Assembly: GCA_006844765.1 (NCBI GenBank)
Contig: SPJV01000098.1
Span: 26,656-90,655, forward strand
DNA length: 64,000 bases
Reading direction: 5' to 3'
From: Alphaproteobacteria bacterium
GTDB taxonomy: Bacteria; Pseudomonadota; Alphaproteobacteria; UBA8366; Aestuariispiraceae
The position numbers were made by a program, and so were the translations under genes. Shown here one piece after another: positions 49,375 through 57,591 of the stretch. The notes below the pieces were generated by a model. The model had not been told where the DNA came from and did no database searches. It saw only the letters and a program-made list of their open reading frames with translations. Within the stretch, counting starts at the first letter, position 1, and the number at the start of each line of letters is the position of its first letter.

Positions 49375-50538
49375 ATGACGCAGTCAGCGCTAAAACTTGT
49401 TGCATCGGATGCGGATAAGGCATCGGGAAAAAACGGCGGCAAGCAATCCGGTAAGAGAACGGATAAGGACGACATGGATAAGCAGAAGGCACTTGAAGCG
49501 GCCTTGAGCCAGATCGAACGCTCTTTCGGTAAGGGCTCCATCATGAAGCTCGGCCAACAGAGTGCGCTCGATATCGAAGCGATCCCGACGGGGTCGTTGG
49601 GGCTTGATATCGCGCTTGGCATTGGCGGTTTGCCGAAAGGCCGGGTGATTGAAATCTTCGGACCGGAAAGTTCCGGTAAAACCACCTTGGCGCTACATCT
49701 CGTGGCTGAGTCTCAAAAGCTTGATGGCGCCTGCGCCTTTATTGACGCAGAGCATGCGCTGGACCCGGTCTATGCGAAGAAGCTTGGCGTCAATGTCGAT
49801 GAACTGCTGATTTCTCAGCCTGATGCTGGGGAACAAGCGTTGGAGATTGCTGACACACTCGTGCGCTCCGGTGCCATTGATGTGCTTGTTATCGACTCCG
49901 TTGCCGCCCTCGTGCCGCGCGCCGAATTGGAAGGGGAGATGGGCGACAGCCATGTCGGCCTTCAGGCGCGCTTGATGAGCCAGGCGCTCCGCAAACTCAC
50001 CGGTTCAATCAAGAAATCCAACTGTATGGTGATCTTCATCAACCAGATTCGGATGAAGATTGGCGTGATGTTCGGTAGTCCGGAAACGACAACGGGCGGG
50101 AATGCGCTGAAATTCTATGCTTCGGTCCGGTTGGATATCCGCCGTATTGGACAGATCAAGGACCGGGATGAGGTTGTTGGTAACCAGACCCGGGTCAAGG
50201 TTGTGAAGAACAAGGTCGCCCCGCCGTTCCGGCTTGTCGAATTTGATATCATGTATGGCGAGGGGATCTCCAAGACGGGTGAGCTTCTCGACCTCGGTGT
50301 CAATGCCGGCTTGGTCGAGAAGTCCGGCGCCTGGTTCTCCTGTGACGGTCAACGTATTGGCCAGGGTCGGGAGAATGCCAAGCGGTTCTTCCGCGACAAT
50401 CCCGATGTTGCGCTGAAGCTGGAGCGCAAGATTCGGGAGAACGCGGGAATCCTCTCCTCGGCCATGCTTGAAGGGCCGGAGGGGCAAGAGGAAGCGGATG
50501 CGAAGCTCGGCCCGGAGGATGCTCCAAAAGACAGCTAA
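49375..50538 (+). CDS. recA: Recombinase RecA
   Basis: Conserved segments are [25 protein letters not shown] and Walker [10 protein letters not shown]. The start was chosen at MTQSALKLV, but the in-frame ATG at 49354 is possible. Confidence 0.95.
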   Translation: MTQSALKLVASDADKASGKNGGKQSGKRTDKDDMDKQKALEAALSQIERSFGKGSIMKLGQQSALDIEAIPTGSLGLDIALGIGGLPKGRVIEIFGPESSGKTTLALHLVAESQKLDGACAFIDAEHALDPVYAKKLGVNVDELLISQPDAGEQALEIADTLVRSGAIDVLVIDSVAALVPRAELEGEMGDSHVGLQARLMSQALRKLTGSIKKSNCMVIFINQIRMKIGVMFGSPETTTGGNALKFYASVRLDIRRIGQIKDRDEVVGNQTRVKVVKNKVAPPFRLVEFDIMYGEGISKTGELLDLGVNAGLVEKSGAWFSCDGQRIGQGRENAKRFFRDNPDVALKLERKIRENAGILSSAMLEGPEGQEEADAKLGPEDAPKDS

Positions 50539-50720
50539 TCATGAATGCAAATCATGAATGTTGAGTTTGCCTGAGGTCCGCCTCCCCGCAGCGTGGTTCG
50601 CGTGTGTTCAACACCTTACGAAATCGCTTCGGTTTGCTTCAAAGAGAGCCGCTCTTCTTCCCGCTTACGGGGTGAGAGCGAATAACGGAAGGCAAGTGGT
50701 CACTGGCAGAGCACCGGCGT

Positions 50721-50761
50721 ACCGGCCCGTGGAGGATACCTCCCGGGCCGGTCGCTTTTTG
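50721..50761 (+). terminator. Strong rho-independent terminator about 180 nt downstream of the recA stop
   Basis: A 14-bp stem with one bulge (ACCGGCCCG-T-GGAGG / ATA / CCTCC-CGGGCCGGT) is followed by CGCTTTTTG. Confidence 0.65.
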
Positions 50762-50796
50762 TGGAACTGGGGTCGACCCGAAAATTGTGTTCAGGC

Positions 50797-51417
50797 TCAT
50801 GCCTTTGAGGGCGCGGCACTGCTGATCCCGGCTAGAAATACATGCAGAAGGCGTGGCGCAATCTCCTGGGCGGTCATCCCTGTGACGAAGGAAAGCTTTC
50901 CGTCTACCGCTAAACTCGTGATCCCGTGCAGGCTGGCCCAGAGAACCCGCGTATCTTTGGCGGTTTGGTCTTCCTGGCCAGCTGGGTAGAGCGGTGCCAG
51001 TGCGCTACTCAAAATGCTCAGAACACGCCCGATCTTATCCATGTACCAGGCGGGGGCCTCTGTATCCGCCGATAGTTGGAAGTCGAACAAGGCCCGCCAC
51101 AGCTCTACATTCTGTTCGATATAACCAAGATAGGCGGATAACAGCGCTTCTATATAGGGCCTTGGCGCTTCGCCTATTGGAAGTGGCACGGCGGCCAAGG
51201 CATCGCGCAGGCCGTCAATTGTAGCAGCATTCATATGGATGATCATGTCATCCTGATTGTGGAAAATGTTATAAAGAGTGCCGGGCGAGTACCCAATTTC
51301 CTGGGCGACACGCCGCGCAGTCAGGGCTTCCAGCCCGTGCTGGGCGACAATGCTCCGCGCCGCTGTAAGTGCCATGTCATACAATTCATCCCGGCTATGA
51401 TCAGACCGCCGCGCCAT
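50797..51417 (-). CDS. TetR-family transcriptional regulator
   Basis: The N-terminal HTH is LTARRVAQEIGYSPGTLYNIF. The protein is 206 aa. Confidence 0.85.
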   Translation of the reverse strand: MARRSDHSRDELYDMALTAARSIVAQHGLEALTARRVAQEIGYSPGTLYNIFHNQDDMIIHMNAATIDGLRDALAAVPLPIGEAPRPYIEALLSAYLGYIEQNVELWRALFDFQLSADTEAPAWYMDKIGRVLSILSSALAPLYPAGQEDQTAKDTRVLWASLHGITSLAVDGKLSFVTGMTAQEIAPRLLHVFLAGISSAAPSKA

Positions 51418-51444
51418 GGATTCTTCTCCCGGATTCCAAGCAAG

Positions 51445-51457
51445 TGAACACTGTTCA
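51445..51457. promoter_or_regulatory. Perfect 13-bp palindrome TGAACA-C-TGTTCA, a candidate TetR operator
   Basis: Read directly from the sequence. It lies in the divergent intergenic region, 28 nt from the TetR start codon. Confidence 0.4.
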
Positions 51458-51595
51458 GATAATGGCTGGTATGGCGGTGTTTTGCACGCAAATTTGTTGG
51501 GCGCCCTTCGTTCGGTTGAGCACTGCTTGCCTCCCTGAATTCAACAGGGCATCGTGGCGCCCGTTGTGTTCTGATTGATGTCATAGGGAGGGTCG

Positions 51596-52144
51596 TTGTC
51601 CGTGGATAGTGCCGATCATGGGTGGCAGCGCGACATCCATCACGTTTTCAAACAGCGCGCGGTTCGCCAGGTTGCTTATGTCCCTGATGCGGGCCATGCA
51701 GGCCTGATCCGGGCTTGCGAGTCGGACCCTGAAATCACCGCGAGCGTTCTAACCACCGAAGAGGAGGGCATTGCACTTCTGTCAGGGGCTTGGCTCGGTG
51801 GGCAGGCGGGCGCGCTTCTGATGCAAAGCAGCGGCGTCGGGAACTGTATCAACATGTTGTCGCTTGCGGCGACCTGCCGCTTTCCGCTGCTGATGTTGGT
51901 AACGATGCGGGGAGAGTGGGGTGAATTTAACCCCTGGCAGATCACGATGGGGCAAGCGGTCCCGGACATTCTCTCCCGCGCGGGTGTAGATGTGTATCGC
52001 GCGGACAAGGCGGAGGATGTTGGGGAAACCGTGGCCGGTGCCGCTGGCATTGCGTTTGACGGTGAGCGTATGGTGGCCGTGTTGCTGGGACAGCGACTGA
52101 TCGGCGCCAAGCGTTGGACATCGGATGGGGAGGAAAGCGAATGA
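51596..52144 (+). CDS. TPP-dependent decarboxylase, alpha (pyrimidine-binding) subunit, sulfopyruvate/phosphonopyruvate decarboxylase family (ComD-like)
   Basis: The TTG start is preceded by GGGAGG. The segment TTEEEGIALLSGAWLGGQAGALLMQSSGVGN is typical of a TPP-enzyme N-domain. The size matches a split ComD. Confidence 0.7.
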   Translation: MSVDSADHGWQRDIHHVFKQRAVRQVAYVPDAGHAGLIRACESDPEITASVLTTEEEGIALLSGAWLGGQAGALLMQSSGVGNCINMLSLAATCRFPLLMLVTMRGEWGEFNPWQITMGQAVPDILSRAGVDVYRADKAEDVGETVAGAAGIAFDGERMVAVLLGQRLIGAKRWTSDGEESE

Positions 52145-52749
52145 CCGCGTCGGCCGAAATGAATGGGCTCGACCGACGGGCAGCGGTCCGTCAGTTGCTG
52201 CAGCACCGTGATGCAGGCGCCACTGAAACAGGGCCAGGTTTGGTCATAACCGGCCTTGGTTCCGCGACCTGGGATGTTGCCGCTGCCGGCGATCGCGATG
52301 AAACATTCTATTTGTGGGGTGCCATGGGCGGAGCCGTTGCCATGGGGTTGGGCCTGGCACTTGCCCGGCCGGAAAAGGCCGTGGCTGTCATAACTGGTGA
52401 TGGGGAGGCGTTGATGGGCATGGGCGCGCTAGCAACGGCTGCGCGGCATGCCCCTGACAATTTGACCATCGCCGTGCTGGACAATGGGCTCTATGGCGAG
52501 ACCGGCATGCAATCAAGTGCTGCAAGCGGCACCGTTGATTTGGTAGCCCTCGCCCAGTCATGCGGGATTGTGGATGCATGCTCCCTGGAAGATGAAGCGG
52601 CGCTTGAGAGTTTCTCCAAACGCGTCTTCGATGGCGCGGGACTTAAGTTTGCCCGGATAGCAATTTCAGAGGCGATGCCGGAGCGGGTCTTGCCGATGCG
52701 CGACGGCGTACTTTTGAAGGCACGATTTCGCTCAGCGCTCGATCTATAG
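52141..52749 (+). CDS. TPP-dependent decarboxylase, beta (diphosphate-binding) subunit (ComE-like)
   Basis: The start overlaps the alpha-subunit stop as ATGA. The TPP motif is GDGEALMGMGALATAARHAPDNLTIAVLDNG. Confidence 0.7.
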   Translation: MTASAEMNGLDRRAAVRQLLQHRDAGATETGPGLVITGLGSATWDVAAAGDRDETFYLWGAMGGAVAMGLGLALARPEKAVAVITGDGEALMGMGALATAARHAPDNLTIAVLDNGLYGETGMQSSAASGTVDLVALAQSCGIVDACSLEDEAALESFSKRVFDGAGLKFARIAISEAMPERVLPMRDGVLLKARFRSALDL

Positions 52750-52994
52750 GCAATACGGGCTTTTTGCTCCAAGACGCGCCCCAACATTTGCTCCTTGTGT
52801 GCCGCGATATCGGGCAAATACCGGAGTCTGAGAGGTGGAGTGTGACCGTCATCACATAGGCATTCGAATGTCCCGTACCCAGCATTGCACAGCATAACGA
52901 TGCCCCCCATTTTGAAGGCAGACACAGGAAGCGGTGATTTTGGGACGCGACCTGAAGCCGTTTTGGACCTGCAGCAGCCTGGGGAGGCGTGTTG

Positions 52995-53255
52995 ATGATG
53001 AATGTCTTGGAACCAAGCGATTGTGGCGCCACGGATCGGGCGCCGGTATCCCGCGCATGTGAAGATGCTGCGGCCTTTCTTGGATATCGCGTGGAAAAGG
53101 GCAAAGGCTCTAAAGCCTCCTACACTGTCCTGGTTGATGAAGAGAGTGGTAAGGCACGAACTTTTTCCAGCCGTGGGGCATTGTCAGCGGTTCTTTGTCT
53201 GGAACTGATGGAAGCTGCGGGCTTCCGCGATAAGACGCAAATCAAGAACGCGTAG
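52995..53255 (+). CDS. Small hypothetical protein (86 aa)
   Basis: GGAGG lies 7 nt upstream of the ATG at 52995. I recognise no motif. The gene is co-directional with the caspase-FGE gene 86 nt downstream. Confidence 0.35.
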   Translation: MMNVLEPSDCGATDRAPVSRACEDAAAFLGYRVEKGKGSKASYTVLVDEESGKARTFSSRGALSAVLCLELMEAAGFRDKTQIKNA

Positions 53256-53341
53256 TCAAATCGCACATGATTTTCCGGCTCGGTTGCGAGCCGCTTCCCT
53301 AGATGGCATCATTCGGCTCCGGCAGGGCAAGGGCCGATGAT

Positions 53342-55348
53342 ATGGGACGGATATCACATGTATTGATTACTTGTGTGTTGGCGCAATTCTTCGCGCTGGG
53401 CATTTGTATTGTCCAACCTGAACCGGCATTCGCCGAACAAAGGATCGCGCTGGTTATCGGGAATGGCGCGTATTCCAAGAAAATCGGTGTTCTAGGCAAT
53501 CCGATTAACGATGCCGCTCTGATGGCGGAGTCCCTTCGAGAATTGAATTTTGAGGTGTCTTCCTACACCGATTTGGATCAGCGCGGTATGCGACGTGCAA
53601 TCCGTGATTTTGGCAAAAAACTTGATCAGGCCGGTAAGGAAGGCGTGGGGCTTTTCTATTTCGCGGGCCATGGTGTTCAGACGCAGGGAACAAATTACCT
53701 GATCCCGGTCGGCGCCGAAATTAAGACCGAAGCGGATATGGCGATTGAGGCTGTCCCGGCTGACGGCGTCTTGGCGCAGATGGAATATGCCGGACCTGCG
53801 GTTAACATTATTATCCTGGATGCGTGTCGGAATAATCCTTTTGACCGCGGTTTTCGCTCCAGTACCAATGGGTTGGCCCGCATGGATGCGCCAACCGGGT
53901 CGCTTGTCGCCTATTCGACAGCACCCGGGGAGGTCGCCGCGGATGGGGAAGGGCGAAACAGCCCCTATACTCGAGCGCTCGCTCAGGCGATGCGGGCACC
54001 TGGTTCAAAGCTTGAAGAAGTCTTCAAGACCGTGCGTATCAAAGTCATGGAACGCACGGCAGGAACTCAGGTTCCTTGGGAAAGCTCATCCCTGACCGGG
54101 GATTTCTATTTCGCCGGTCAGGCTGCAGCAGCGATAACCCCGGATCGGGAGACTTTGTTTTGGCAGTCTGTGCAGGGCAGCGATAATCCCGCTGCGATCC
54201 AGGCCTATTTGGATCGGTATCCGAACGGAGTCTTTTCAGTATTGGCTCGGATCAGGCTAGAGGAGATATCGGAGCAAGGGGGCGCGGTGACCAAGGCCCC
54301 CACCAAACCTTCGAATGACCAGATTGCTGCCGTGACGCCTCCCAACGAGCCTCCAGCTTCCCAAGCAAAGACACCGCAAGCACCAACCGTTCAACGGGAG
54401 CGCAAGAAGGTGGAAGCGGCCTTTCGCGACTGTGCCGATTGTCCGGAAGTGGTGAAGATCGCGGCGGGAAGTTTCGATATGGGGTCTCCGACTTGGGAGA
54501 AACGCCGTCGCAATAATGAGGGGCCGCTGCATAAAGTAAGGCTGCGCAATGCCTTTGCGATCGGTGTCTACGAGATTACCCGTGGCGAGTTCGCGCAGTT
54601 TGTGCGGGAGACGAGCTACCATGCGGCAAATCAGTGCCGAACCTTCGAGAACGGGACATGGGCCTTGCGGGAGGGACGCTCCTGGCAAAACCCTGGATTC
54701 AAACAGAAAGACGACGAACCTGCCGTCTGTGTCGCCTGGCGCGATGCCAAGGCTTATGTCGTTTGGCTTTCCAGAAAGGCGGGCCGGTCTTATCGACTGC
54801 CGTCTGAGGCTGAATGGGAATATGCGGCGCGGGCTGGAAATCCAGGCCCCTATTGGTTCGGGGAGTCGGTGGATGGGGGCGCACTTTGTGCCCATGGAAA
54901 CGGCGCCGGGGCGGAGACCGGAATTCGAAACCGCAATGTCCGCTGCACCGATGAATACACCCAAACCGCCCCGGTTGGGGTTTTTGCTGCGAATAGCTAT
55001 GGCTTACACGATGTCATTGGAAATGTCTGGGAGTGGGTCGAGGATTGTGGCGCCCCCAGCTATATTGGCGCGCCGGTCGATGGATCCCCGGCGGCTTTTG
55101 TGACCGGGGGCTGCAAGGGCAGGGTTTATCGCGGTGGCGGTTGGGCATCGATCCCGGCTGATCTGCGCAGTGCGGTACGCGGCGCAGATGCTGTCGTTGC
55201 GTCCCGGAACGAGCTGAAAGATATCCCGAAGTTTCTGCGGCGCATCATCGTCCAGATTCCGCGCGTTAACTTGGGCAATCGTGTGAAGGTCGATTTTGAT
55301 ATTCCTTCCAGCGATCGTGGGTTTCGCGTCGCACGTCCTTCATTCTGA
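53342..55348 (+). CDS. Exported caspase-like (peptidase C14) domain fused to a formylglycine-generating-enzyme (FGE/SUMF1) type domain
   Basis: There is a signal-peptide-like N-terminus (MGRISHVLITCVLAQFFALGICIVQPEPAFA). The caspase His/Cys dyad contexts are YFAGHGVQ and IILDACRNNPF. The C-terminal FGE-type motifs are LPSEAEWEYAARAG, HDVIGNVWEWVEDC, YRGGGW and GFRVAR. Confidence 0.8.
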   Translation: MGRISHVLITCVLAQFFALGICIVQPEPAFAEQRIALVIGNGAYSKKIGVLGNPINDAALMAESLRELNFEVSSYTDLDQRGMRRAIRDFGKKLDQAGKEGVGLFYFAGHGVQTQGTNYLIPVGAEIKTEADMAIEAVPADGVLAQMEYAGPAVNIIILDACRNNPFDRGFRSSTNGLARMDAPTGSLVAYSTAPGEVAADGEGRNSPYTRALAQAMRAPGSKLEEVFKTVRIKVMERTAGTQVPWESSSLTGDFYFAGQAAAAITPDRETLFWQSVQGSDNPAAIQAYLDRYPNGVFSVLARIRLEEISEQGGAVTKAPTKPSNDQIAAVTPPNEPPASQAKTPQAPTVQRERKKVEAAFRDCADCPEVVKIAAGSFDMGSPTWEKRRRNNEGPLHKVRLRNAFAIGVYEITRGEFAQFVRETSYHAANQCRTFENGTWALREGRSWQNPGFKQKDDEPAVCVAWRDAKAYVVWLSRKAGRSYRLPSEAEWEYAARAGNPGPYWFGESVDGGALCAHGNGAGAETGIRNRNVRCTDEYTQTAPVGVFAANSYGLHDVIGNVWEWVEDCGAPSYIGAPVDGSPAAFVTGGCKGRVYRGGGWASIPADLRSAVRGADAVVASRNELKDIPKFLRRIIVQIPRVNLGNRVKVDFDIPSSDRGFRVARPSF

Positions 55349-55772
55349 GACTAGAACGAAATTTAGTCGTTCCCTATCACGGGACCTTCCATAAATTGGG
55401 CGTTTATCGCTAATTCCCGACTGCCGGTCACAAGGGAGAGCCTCTCCGAGGTTTGCCGAACACGAACGTCAGTTCGGCTTAATAAGAACAAAAATAATCC
55501 ATATTTAGAAATAATTTCCGTAATGTTCTCACAAAATTCCGTGTTGCCGAGTGTTGATTACTTCACGTTCTCAATAAACGACTGCTTCGTTAGTGGCGTG
55601 GCACCTCAAATACCTGGATTCTCCAGGGTTTTACATGTGATCCCATTGACGAAACATTAAATACCATGATATCCCATAGAAACCCAAATAAGGGCATATT
55701 CGAACCATTCCGTCCCAATGGACAGCGCTCCGGGTGGGGCATTTGGATGGTTTGGGTGAGAAGGCGAGCGAA

Positions 55773-56231
55773 ATGGCACTGTTCGCAGGCACATTCGAAA
55801 ACAAGGTCGACGGCAAGGGACGTGTCTCTCTGCCGGCCGATTTTCGTGCCGAATTGCCGGAAGATGCCGGGCGCTTCGTCTATGTTTTCCCGTCGCCTAA
55901 GGATGATGCGCTGGAAGCATGCGATAAGCCTTTCCTAGAGCGGATGGCAGCCGCCATCGAGGAAGCGCCACTGTTCTCTGAGGAAGAGGATGATCTGGGG
56001 GCATCCATCATCGCACAGGCACGCAAGGCACAGATAGATGAGACCGGGCGGATAGTTCTGCCCAAAGACTTCATGGAATTTGCCGATATCTCCGGCAAGG
56101 CAGTCTTCGTGGGACGCGCGGCCCGTTTCCAGATTTGGTCTCCGGATCGCTTTGAGGCGCATGCGAAGAAGGCGCGCGAGCGGATGCGCGGGCGTACCCT
56201 CACCCTGAAACCGAAAGGGGGTGGGCAATGA
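55773..56231 (+). CDS. mraZ: Division/cell wall cluster transcriptional regulator MraZ
   Basis: The N-terminus is [26 protein letters not shown] second SpoVT/AbrB-like repeat is present ([13 protein letters not shown]). Confidence 0.9.
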   Translation: MALFAGTFENKVDGKGRVSLPADFRAELPEDAGRFVYVFPSPKDDALEACDKPFLERMAAAIEEAPLFSEEEDDLGASIIAQARKAQIDETGRIVLPKDFMEFADISGKAVFVGRAARFQIWSPDRFEAHAKKARERMRGRTLTLKPKGGGQ

Positions 56232-57208
56232 GCGCTGCTATCCATCTGCCGGTTATGCGGGATGAGGTCGTCGCGGCCTTGAGCCCTGCAGAGGGGGAAA
56301 CCTATCTCGACGGAACCTTTGGCGCGGGCGGGTATAGCCTCGCGATCCTAGAGGCGGCGAACTGTAATCTGATCGGCATTGATCGTGATCCGGAAGCACT
56401 GGCGCGCGGCGCCGACTTGGAGGCGCGCTTCGGCACGCGTTTCTCGCTGATCGGCGGTTGCTTCGGCGATATGGAGACCCTGCTGGCATCGCGCGGTGTT
56501 GATCGCCTGGACGGCGTGGCGCTCGACCTCGGTATGTCTTCACCGCAGATCGATCAGGCCGGTCGCGGGTTTTCATTCAAGAAAGACGGCCCCCTTGATA
56601 TGCGGATGAGCCTGGAGGGCGCGTCTGCCGCAGATATCGTGAATAGCTGGCCCGAGGCGGATCTGGCGCGGGTCATCTGGGAATATGGGGAAGAACGCTT
56701 CAGTCGGCGTATTGCGCGATCCATCGTGGCTGCCCGTGCTGAGGAGCAGATTGAGACCACATCGAAGCTTGCGGAAATCGTTCGGTCTTCTGTGCCGCGA
56801 CCGAAGGGTAACCCGCGTGATAGCATCGATCCTGCGACACGGACGTTCCAAGCCCTCCGCATTCAAGTGAATGATGAGTTGGGAGAGCTGGATCGTGGCC
56901 TCGCGGCGGCGGAACGGCTGCTTGCGCCCGGTGGGCGTTTGGTTGTTGTCTCCTTTCACAGTCTTGAGGATCGTCGCGTTAAGGCTTTCCTGCGCGCACG
57001 CTCTGGTCGGGCGGACCAAGGGTCCCGACACTTGCCGCCCAGCGCAACCGCGACCTCCGCTGCAACATTTGATCTGCCTTCTGGGCTGCCGGTTAAGCCG
57101 AGCGCCACGGAAGCATCACGCAACCCGCGCGCCCGCTCTGCCCGGCTTCGTTGGGCCGTTCGAACTGATGCAGTTCCTCACGGTGATGAGGGGAGGGCTG
57201 CGGCATGA
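56228..57208 (+). CDS. rsmH: 16S rRNA (cytosine1402-N4)-methyltransferase
   Basis: Conserved segments are [32 protein letters not shown] and [10 protein letters not shown]. The start overlaps the mraZ stop as ATGA. Confidence 0.95.
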   Translation: MSAAIHLPVMRDEVVAALSPAEGETYLDGTFGAGGYSLAILEAANCNLIGIDRDPEALARGADLEARFGTRFSLIGGCFGDMETLLASRGVDRLDGVALDLGMSSPQIDQAGRGFSFKKDGPLDMRMSLEGASAADIVNSWPEADLARVIWEYGEERFSRRIARSIVAARAEEQIETTSKLAEIVRSSVPRPKGNPRDSIDPATRTFQALRIQVNDELGELDRGLAAAERLLAPGGRLVVVSFHSLEDRRVKAFLRARSGRADQGSRHLPPSATATSAATFDLPSGLPVKPSATEASRNPRARSARLRWAVRTDAVPHGDEGRAAA

Positions 57209-57591
57209 GAGCGCTGATGATCGCAATCTGGGGCGTGCTCTTCCTGGCGACGGGATATGCCTTGTTCCATACGGCATTTCAGGTCTCTGACCTTGAGGAT
57301 GAGCTGGCTGAACTCAATCGCGAGATTCTTGCGGAGCAAGAAAGCGTCCATGTGCTGGGCGCCGAATGGACCTACCTCAACAGACCTGACCGGATAGAGC
57401 AGCTTTCGAATACGCTGCTTCCGGAGTTGGAGCGGGTTCGACCTACACAGGTCATGCATTTGGAAGCATTACCCTTGAAACCTGAACCGGAGGAGGGCGA
57501 GGGCGGAGAAACCGATCCCGGGCCCATCTCCCGTTTCCTGGATGGCGCCGCAAAAGCGGTACCGGCAACCTGGAGGAGGACGTCAGAATGA
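57205..57591 (+). CDS. ftsL: Cell division protein FtsL (alphaproteobacterial type)
   Basis: 128 aa with a single N-terminal TM segment followed by a coiled-coil-like stretch. Its position between rsmH and ftsI supports the call. Confidence 0.7.
   Translation: MRALMIAIWGVLFLATGYALFHTAFQVSDLEDELAELNREILAEQESVHVLGAEWTYLNRPDRIEQLSNTLLPELERVRPTQVMHLEALPLKPEPEEGEGGETDPGPISRFLDGAAKAVPATWRRTSE

Noticed and set aside
52750-52990. 240-nt gap after the ComE-like gene, with minus-strand ORFs 52491-52925 and 52643-53104
   Set aside because: The minus-strand ORFs overlap the ComE-like gene and are not protein-like. I could not identify a riboswitch: a CTGAGA string is present but there is no TPP-box context. 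I also found no convincing RNA structure.
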